DNA of 64,000 nucleotides from a virus (lineage: Duplodnaviria > Caudoviricetes), in the IMG/VR virus record IMGVR_UViG_2700989102_000001, positions 1 through 64,000 of that record, one strand, 5' to 3'. Under the pieces are notes generated by a model that worked only from the letters and a program-made list of their open reading frames with translations, had not been told where the DNA came from and ran no database searches. How positions within the stretch are numbered: the first letter of the stretch is position 1; every line of letters begins with the position of its first letter. The translations under genes were made by a program, and so were the position numbers. This document shows positions 57,292-64,000 of the stretch, in pieces.

Positions 57292-57326
57292 GCCACGGGA
57301 GGTGTCTGCTCCCTCCCGTGGCTTTT
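57292..57326 (+). terminator. Intrinsic terminator directly after the tRNA-like domain
   Basis: GCCACGGGAGG/CCTCCCGTGGC-TTTT. Confidence 0.8.
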
Positions 57327-57354
57327 CCATGCCCATTTACCAGGAGGTAGGTCC

Positions 57355-58314
57355 ATGCGCGGATTCGACAAATACCAGCAGGCTCTGCTTGCCGGGTTGT
57401 GGGCACTGTGCGACGCCCAGCCGCCCGAGAAGCAGGAGCTGCGCCGGCTGCTCAACCCCCGCACCACGGTGACCAGCGAAGCGCACGTTGTCATGGCCAC
57501 GAGGGCGGCCGAGGACTTCCACCACAACATCCGCAAGGGTTTGACGGAGTTGTCCCGGGCCACCCAGAAATACCCTCGCTACGCCTTCGACAAGGACCGA
57601 AGGGGAACGGGTGTCCCGAATCATCGAAAGGTCAGGGTCAATGACGGTCGATAACGCGGCTAAGGTTCTCTACCTGGCCTACCACAAGGATCGCTACGCC
57701 CCGCATTGGGAGTCCGCGTTGGATAAGACGCGGTGGCGGCGGGCGGCGGCGGCCCTGCTCCAGGAGATCAAATGAACCGCTGGAAAGTCCGCAAAGAAGA
57801 CGGCATCTGGAAGATCTACGAGCACGATTCCTGGTGGGACTCCGAATACGAGTTTGATCAGGCGATCTTGTGGGCCCACCGCTTTGCCGTGTCCGCATTC
57901 GTTATGGACGGTGGTTTAGGTGACTGCCGCTGAAACCATGGAACGTCGAGTAGAGCTCTACGAGCATCTCACCGACATAGACCAGGCCTTGTCCCTCCTG
58001 CTCGGCGAGCCCCTCGGGCCCGACACCGAGGATGTCGCTTTCGAACTCCTTGAAGAGCGCGAGCTGGTCTGCAATCTGATGCGCAGTGTCGGGTACCACC
58101 CGTGGGATTCCCCGCTTCACGAAGACGAAACGAAGGTTTTATGAACGACGCAGAGGAAAAGGAAGCGCTAGTTCGCAACGCCCTGCAATACCTGGCCGCG
58201 GCGCGCTCCACCGTGGTGGATCACCTCACGGGATCGAATGACCTTTATGCCAAGGTCGAGATTCTTCAGGATCTCGACTCGGTTGACCACTACCTGAAGA
58301 AGGCCATGCAATGA
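57355..58314 (+). other. Small coupled hypothetical genes (57355-57654, 57641-57775, 57772-57933, 57920-58144, 58141-58314)
   Basis: AGGAGG RBS near 57342; overlapping start/stop codons. Confidence 0.6.
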
Positions 58315-58454
58315 AGCAAACCCTGAAAGCATTCATCATCGCGGGTGCGGTGGCCGCCGGCTTCACCGGACTGGGCCTCGTCACCGCCCAGCCTGCCGAG
58401 GCGGTTCCCGGCCAGTGTGGCGGTGCCATTGTCTTCGGTAGCGGCGGGTGCTAG
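58311..58454 (+). pseudogene. Secreted-protein N-terminus (47 aa), apparently truncated by the HNH gene
   Basis: Signal peptide ...AQPAEA, then PGQCGG...GSGGC* ending where the HNH starts. Confidence 0.5.
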
Positions 58455-58990
58455 CCGAGTGCTGGATGCCGATTCCGGGCCTTCCGGGGTATGAGGCCAG
58501 CTCGCTCGGCCGTGTCAGGTCCCTGCCCAGGCGGATTACGCAGGTCAGGTATGGCAAGTCACATGTCATTACAGCGAAGGGGCGGGTGCTGAAGCCCCGG
58601 ATGATCAATGGATATCTTGTGGTTCAGCCCCGCAGGCCCGACCATTCCACTTGGTCGGTGGGGGTCCACCGTCTGGTGCTCATGGCCTTTAGCGGGGTCC
58701 ATCACCCGACGCTGGACTGTCGCCACCTAAATGGCGACCGGATGGATAACCGCCCAGAGAATCTTGAATGGGGCACCCGGCTAGACAATCTAGAGGATCA
58801 GAAGCTGCATGGCACCCACCCCTCTCAGCGTCTGGTGACTCATTGTCCCGCGGGCCATGAATACACTCCCGAAAACACCGCACGGCGCAAATCGGATGGG
58901 TCACGGCGCTGTAGGCAATGCGATCGAGAGTATGCGCGCGAATACCAACGAAGGAAGCGCCGAACCAGGGGCGGATTGAGGCAAGAATGA
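58448..58990 (+). CDS. NUMOD4-HNH homing endonuclease
   Basis: WMPIPGLPGYEASSLGRVRS; VHRLV...HLNGDRMDN..ENL; HCPAGH. Confidence 0.9.
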   Translation: MLAECWMPIPGLPGYEASSLGRVRSLPRRITQVRYGKSHVITAKGRVLKPRMINGYLVVQPRRPDHSTWSVGVHRLVLMAFSGVHHPTLDCRHLNGDRMDNRPENLEWGTRLDNLEDQKLHGTHPSQRLVTHCPAGHEYTPENTARRKSDGSRRCRQCDREYAREYQRRKRRTRGGLRQE

Positions 58991-59153
58991 CAATCTACAA
59001 CCTCTCGTACGACCGCAAAGACGTGCGGTACGAGGTCCACTACGGGGATAAAACCGAGGTGTTCACCTCTCCGTATATCACTCAACTGTGGTCCTGGCTC
59101 GGTAACACCATGGAGCCGGGGGACACCTTGCACTGGCTACCGGGAGAATAACC

Positions 59154-59540
59154 ATGAAAAAGATCTTCACCGCAGTGGTCGCGACCGGCCTCATTCTCGG
59201 CCTCTCGTCATGTTACTCCGACGCCGATGTCGCATCGGAGAACCTTTCCAAGGCGGCCGACAACTTCGAGATCCCCCGACGGATCGTGTTCTTCAACGGC
59301 ATCACCGACAACTACCTCCTGGAGATCCAGGGTCGGTGCGCCATCTTCCCCGACACCGGATCAAAGAAGCTCGATGTGGTGTGCAAGATGGGCGACGGCT
59401 CCCTGAAGAAGCACTTTCTGGGACTGTCGGACAACGTTTCATATCTCGTGGAGCAGGTGGACGGCGCCAACGTCAGCACCGACTTCTACCAGGTGAACTT
59501 CAAGCCGACCACCATCCTGCCGGACGTCAAGCTTCGGTAA
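59154..59540 (+). CDS. Lipoprotein
   Basis: MKK signal peptide with LSSC lipobox. Confidence 0.8.
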   Translation: MKKIFTAVVATGLILGLSSCYSDADVASENLSKAADNFEIPRRIVFFNGITDNYLLEIQGRCAIFPDTGSKKLDVVCKMGDGSLKKHFLGLSDNVSYLVEQVDGANVSTDFYQVNFKPTTILPDVKLR

Positions 59541-59595
59541 GGCCAAAAACTTTCTCTCCCAAGCCGCTGGACAGCGCAAACCCAAGGAAACGACA

Positions 59596-60528
59596 ATTAC
59601 CGTAAAGGTAACAATTGGGGGCACTATTCCGTGCCAATCTTACGGAAATGTGCAGCCCAGTTTTGAAATAGAGGCCCCCTCCCACGAAGAAGCTTTTGAG
59701 ATCGGCCTCCAGAAGCTGCAGCAGATCTGGAACCGCGTCGGGTCAAACCCCCTGGACATTAACCGGGGTGAGCCCGCCGCGCCGACCAAACCCCAGGGCA
59801 TTCTCAAAAAGTGCCGGGTGTCCGGGGCTGAGGTCATCTTCGATCCGGTGGCCCACACCTACTATGACCACCGGGGCCGGAAGTACCGCGGCGGCTCCAC
59901 CTTCGCCAGTCAGTACAAATCGCCATTCTTGGCGCAGACCATTGCTGAGAAGATGGCCGCCAAGCATGGGGTGTCCGCCGATGACATTCTGGCGATGTGG
60001 CAGCTCAATAGCGAGGCTTCCACCTCGTTCGGGACGTCTCTCCATGCCGCGCTGGAACTGTATGGCAGATATCTGGAGCTGTCCAAGACCCTAAAGGGCG
60101 GCACCGACGAGTCCTGCTTGACGAAAAACCCGGTGCTGCGGCCGATTGTCCAGAAGTTTTTCACCGAAGAGAGAAAAGCCGAGGTGGCCTACTACGAGGA
60201 ATTCGTCGCCGACCCCGAGACGTTGTCTTGCGGGTTGATTGACCGCCTCGTGGTGGAACCCGACGGGTTGTGGGTTGAGGACTACAAGACGAACGCGTCG
60301 GTAACAGACAAGAAAGAAGTCTACCTACCGCCATTCAAGGACGTAGTGGAGCCAAATGCTCTGGGCGGCTACACCATCCAGTTGTCATATTACGGTGCGA
60401 TCCTCAAGAAATACGGCCGGAACGTTAAGGGCCTTCGCATCCACCATTGGGATGGGGAGGGCTGGACTACGTACGAGCGGGAAATGGTCGACATTTCCGG
60501 GGAACTTAAGCCCATCAAGGAGAACTAA
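59596..60528 (+). CDS. PD-(D/E)xK (RecB/Cas4-like) exonuclease (start ATT 59596 or GTG 59650)
   Basis: GTSLH, GLIDRL, EDYKT, QLSYY. Confidence 0.85.
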   Translation: MTVKVTIGGTIPCQSYGNVQPSFEIEAPSHEEAFEIGLQKLQQIWNRVGSNPLDINRGEPAAPTKPQGILKKCRVSGAEVIFDPVAHTYYDHRGRKYRGGSTFASQYKSPFLAQTIAEKMAAKHGVSADDILAMWQLNSEASTSFGTSLHAALELYGRYLELSKTLKGGTDESCLTKNPVLRPIVQKFFTEERKAEVAYYEEFVADPETLSCGLIDRLVVEPDGLWVEDYKTNASVTDKKEVYLPPFKDVVEPNALGGYTIQLSYYGAILKKYGRNVKGLRIHHWDGEGWTTYEREMVDISGELKPIKEN

Positions 60529-61521
60529 TGAGCGAACTCGGACAAAAGCTCATCAACGAGATCCGCATGGTCGCCGCGAGCAATCCCGACTACGTCTACC
60601 GGGATGATCACTACACCTGCGCATACGTCCAGGCGGGTGGCCCATCCTGCCTCGTCGGTCATGGGTTATGGCGACTCGGCCTGATCGATGCGAAGTTTGA
60701 AACCAATTGGCTCAATGTCGAAGTGTTCGACCACCTCTGGGCCGAATTCGGCCTGGAAATGGACGGGGAAGAGGTTAACTGGGTTCAGATGGCCCAGGAG
60801 CGGCAAGACGCCGGCCGCACCTGGGGCGAAGCGGTGGGCATCTCATGACCGCTCCACTGATCGAGTCCGTTGACCTTTCGGCATACGAATTCTCCATCCA
60901 GTGCGAGTCCCCGGGGTGCAACGAGTCGGCCGACTTTATGGCTAAGGGTTGCGCCGACCGCACTTATCGCAGCCTTTGCCACTATCACCTGGCGGTCGTG
61001 AAGAGGCGATTCGACCAGAATTGCGGCAAGGTGGTTTGCGAAGATTGCAACCGGCCGTGGTTGTTTTTTGAAACCCATTACGAGGTCACCAAGCTGTGAG
61101 CCTTTCTCGACCATCAACACCGCGAAAAGAGCCGGAGAGGCCCGTTCAGCAGGTTGACACCCGGCCACCCGGCGCCGACGACCTCGACCCGGTAACCGTC
61201 GAGAGACGTATTCAAGAGCTTGTCGAAGCATTGGATGTCGCACTGCTGGAGTGGCGGGATCTCTTCCGGGCGCACAAAGAGGCTGACCGGAATTTCGACC
61301 AGGCCTACGCCTTGGCGAAGATCAACGTCGATAAGGACGTTCCCTATGCCGACCGTGGCCAGCACGCCACGCTCGAAACAATGGATGAGCGTGAAGCCAA
61401 GGATATCGCCCTAGAGGCATTCAAATATGCCGAGGAGCGTCTGGACGCCATCAAGAAGGCGCTGTCCGCCTGGCAGTCTCTGTCGAACAGCATAAGGGCG
61501 GCGTATCTAAACGCCCGGTAA
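60528..61521 (+). other. Three coupled hypothetical genes (60528-60848, 60845-61099 Zn-finger, 61096-61521 coiled-coil)
   Basis: Overlapping start/stop codons; AAGGAG RBS. Confidence 0.65.
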
Positions 61522-61537
61522 AACGCCCGGTAGGGGA

Positions 61538-63339
61538 ATGATGACGTTAACGCATGTTGATCTATTCGCGGGTATCGGCGGATTCTCGCTCGCGCTTCAG
61601 CGGGCAGGGGCTAAGACCGTTGCGGCGGTGGAGATCGACAAGCACTGCCAGAAGGTGCTCGGCCGGACATTTTCCGGAAGCCAAGATCTTCCCGGATGTA
61701 TGCGACATTACTTCGGCGACGCTGACCGCTGCGGGCTTCGTCCCCTCTCGGGGGGTTATAACGGCTGGCTGGCCCTGTCAGGGCAATTCGGTGGCGGGGA
61801 GGCGCGCGGGCCTGGGGGACGCGCGGTCAGGCCTCTGGAGTGAGGTGTATCGGATACTCGATGAAAATCGACCCGCATACTTCATTGGCGAGAATGTTCC
61901 GGGGCTACTCAGCGTCAATAAGGGTAGGGATATTCGTCTCATCCTCAATGACCTTAATGATCTCGGTTACTTTGTGAACATGGATATTCTGGACGCGCAA
62001 TTCTTTGGCGTGCCACAGCGTAGGAGGCGATTGTTCTTCGTATGCCAGCGGGTCGATCATATACTCCAGCGGAAGACGACTTCATCCGCGCTCATTATCG
62101 CTCAAGTAGTTTCAGAGATATTGCGACTCATCTTGGACGTAGCGAATCCGCCATTGCCCATAGGGCGTCGAAACTCGGGCTCCGCAAAAATGAGCTCCGT
62201 CGATGGACTTCGGATGAGGATGAAATTATTCGAACTCGATGCGGAACCATCAGCCTGGGCGAACTTGCTGAGCTACTTGGACGACGGTCTAGCGAGGTCT
62301 CAACACGGGCCAGAAAACTCGGGTTTACCTCTTGTCGAAAAAGGCGAACGCTCACAAGCGGCGGACACGTCATTAGCGGATTGGAAAACGGTAAATACCT
62401 CGTCGAGCATCGAGTGGTCATGGAGCGACACCTGGGCCGCGCTCTGCGAAGCGACGAGATCGTGCACCACATCAACACCATCAAGACCGATAACGGAATC
62501 GACAATCTATTCCTGTGCGCGAATGCTTCTGAGCATCAGCGAGCGCATCGATCTCTCGATGACCTCGTCCCCGACCTTCTCTCCCGCGGCCTCATCTATT
62601 TCGATCGCACTGACGGAGTTTATAAACTATGCCAGACAATCAAGTCGACAAGTTCCTAACGACCTGGCCGGGAATAGTGGGTGGACTGATTTCATTCGAC
62701 CAGCCGAATGCTCCATCGAATCTCTCCAGCATCTTGGAGACTCCGGGCGAACATCTGCGGAAGTACTTTTTGAGCGCCAAGGCGTGTCAGGGGATTCTGC
62801 GCAGGGCCGCGAAGCGGGGCCGGAAGCTGCCGGAGCCGCTGGAGCAAGCTCTGCGGGCAATAGCGAACGAGTAACCGTCTCCACCCTACAAGGGGGGCAC
62901 CCGCGGCTATCGGATAGATGCGGAAGCGGCAGCCGGCGGGCATCTACAGATCCAGTCGCGGCCTTGACGGCTAACGGCGTCGGGACTTGTGGCGCCGATG
63001 ACAATCAAGCACAGGCGGGACACCTCATTGCCGGCATTTTCCATTGCCCTTCGAGGGCGTAAGGACGGGGCGGAGATCGAGTGGGACGAGACCGGTCCCG
63101 CCTACGCCATTAGAACTGGATCTGGGGGATCTAGCAAGCCGATGATTTGTTCTACAGGTGGCGACCTCATTGGAGTTCGCCGGTTAACTCCCCTGGAGTG
63201 CGAAAGATTGCAGGGATTCCCCGACGGATATACGGATGGACAGAGCGATGCTCAGCGATATCGCCAGTTGGGTAACTCCGTCGCTATCCCGTGTGTCCAG
63301 TGGATCGTTGACCGCCTGGTCGCGGTCGATCAAGCGTGA
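61538..63339 (+). CDS. DNA cytosine-5 methyltransferase, split over frameshifted ORFs (possibly a pseudogene)
   Basis: Motif I DLFAGIGG (61538 frame); IV GWPCQ, VI ENVPG, VIII PQRRRR (61554 frame); IX-X RRLTPLECERLQGFP...GNSV (62989 frame). Confidence 0.85.
62042..62659 (+). CDS. HNH endonuclease with two Myb-like repeats, nested in the MTase in another frame
   Basis: YTPAEDDF and WTSDEDEI; EHRVVME..LGR.L...EIVHHIN..KTDN..DNL. Confidence 0.85.
   Translation: MPAGRSYTPAEDDFIRAHYRSSSFRDIATHLGRSESAIAHRASKLGLRKNELRRWTSDEDEIIRTRCGTISLGELAELLGRRSSEVSTRARKLGFTSCRKRRTLTSGGHVISGLENGKYLVEHRVVMERHLGRALRSDEIVHHINTIKTDNGIDNLFLCANASEHQRAHRSLDDLVPDLLSRGLIYFDRTDGVYKLCQTIKSTSS
62629..62874 (+). CDS. Alternative-frame MTase-associated small subunit-like ORF
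   Basis: LSSILE...KYFLSAKACQGILRRAAKRGRKLP; ACGGAG RBS; overlaps the MTase frame. Confidence 0.6.
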   Translation: MPDNQVDKFLTTWPGIVGGLISFDQPNAPSNLSSILETPGEHLRKYFLSAKACQGILRRAAKRGRKLPEPLEQALRAIANE

Positions 63340-63668
63340 ACGAGAAGCAATGCCGGGAGATCGTACGAAATAGGGCTGACGATCTTTGTGAACGTTGCGG
63401 GAGCGGCGGCGGCCTAACCCTGCATCACCGCAGAAACCGCTCCCAGATGCCGAAATCCCGCCACTGGGAGGTGGCAAATGCGAGTTACCTGTGCGGTGAC
63501 GGAACGCGCGGGTGTCACGGCTGGGCCACCGTCAACCCCAGGGCTGCAGCAAAAGAGGGCTGGCACGTCAAGCCCTGGGAAGAGCCCGCCGATATCCCCG
63601 TCCGCTACCGCGGTGAGTGGGTTCTTTTACGTGAAGACGGCTCCATAGGAATGATCGATGAAGCATAA
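63336..63668 (+). CDS. HNH endonuclease
   Basis: CERC...LHHR...LCG...GCHGW. Confidence 0.8.
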   Translation: MNEKQCREIVRNRADDLCERCGSGGGLTLHHRRNRSQMPKSRHWEVANASYLCGDGTRGCHGWATVNPRAAAKEGWHVKPWEEPADIPVRYRGEWVLLREDGSIGMIDEA

Positions 63669-63972
63669 GCAAACCGCCCTAAAGCATTGGTCGGGCGAAG
63701 TCATGGTAGACGAGGGTATCGCCACCCTTATCGAGAAGCTGTGGGGCCGGGGAGTCATCACCGAGTTCTCCTGCCAGGGCTGCGGCGATAACCCCGCCTA
63801 CATCATGTTCACCGACCTTGAAGAGGCCGTTGAATTTGTCACGGAGTCCGTCGAGGCCACTCAAATGTATGAGTTCGACCTGGCCGTCTATCCGCCGGTG
63901 AATCATGACTACCCACGGGGGCGGGTGACATTCCCCGCTGACTATGTGGAGATTCTGGAGGAGGTTTGGTGA
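63658..63972 (+). CDS. Hypothetical protein
   Basis: VDEGIA..I..LW..G..T.FSCQG motif; AGGA RBS. Confidence 0.7.
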   Translation: MKHKQTALKHWSGEVMVDEGIATLIEKLWGRGVITEFSCQGCGDNPAYIMFTDLEEAVEFVTESVEATQMYEFDLAVYPPVNHDYPRGRVTFPADYVEILEEVW

Positions 63973-64000
63973 GCGATACTCAAACCATTTCCATAATTGA

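Noticed and set aside
57181-57354. Long N-terminal extension of ORF 57181..57654
   Set aside because: It overlaps the structured RNA and terminator; AGGAGG supports ATG 57355.
59596-60528. CRISPR-associated Cas4
   Set aside because: Stand-alone PD-(D/E)xK nuclease lacking the C-terminal Fe-S cysteines and any Cas context.
62042-62730. Intein in the methyltransferase
   Set aside because: It starts with Cys but has no block B or F motifs or terminal HN/[CST], and the endonuclease is in a different frame.

Overview
Left ~64 kb of a temperate, high-GC siphovirus genome. Gene content and order point to a mycobacteriophage most like Cluster J (Omega-like); this assignment is inferred, not searched. 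Left arm, in order: a duplicated HNH/terminase-ATPase module, TerS, TerL with a class-3 LAGLIDADG intein, HK97-type portal, protease and capsid, a capsid-linked cluster of five glycosyltransferases plus a kinase, methyltransferase and Zn-peptidase, head-tail and tail genes (+1-register chaperone frameshift, tape measure, an antisense Endo VII gene, a CotH-kinase/FN3 protein) and the lysis cassette. Centre and right: a leftward operon of small genes (Lsr2, Xis), tyrosine integrase with a tRNA-Leu(CAA) attP, an iteron-like array with an initiator-like gene, the repressor/Cro switch, and early genes including an esterase, HNHs, a PD-(D/E)xK nuclease and a fragmented C5-methyltransferase that uses all three frames. 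The main unexplained signals are: (1) a ~330-nt ornate non-coding RNA at 57.0-57.3 kb ending in a tRNA-like four-way junction with ACCA and a terminator; (2) the MTase/HNH overlap; (3) modular small genes sharing identical 27-36 bp boxes in inverted orientation around the integrase; (4) apparent ATT/CTG start codons; (5) a WbdD-like kinase+methyltransferase pair in the glycosylation cluster.
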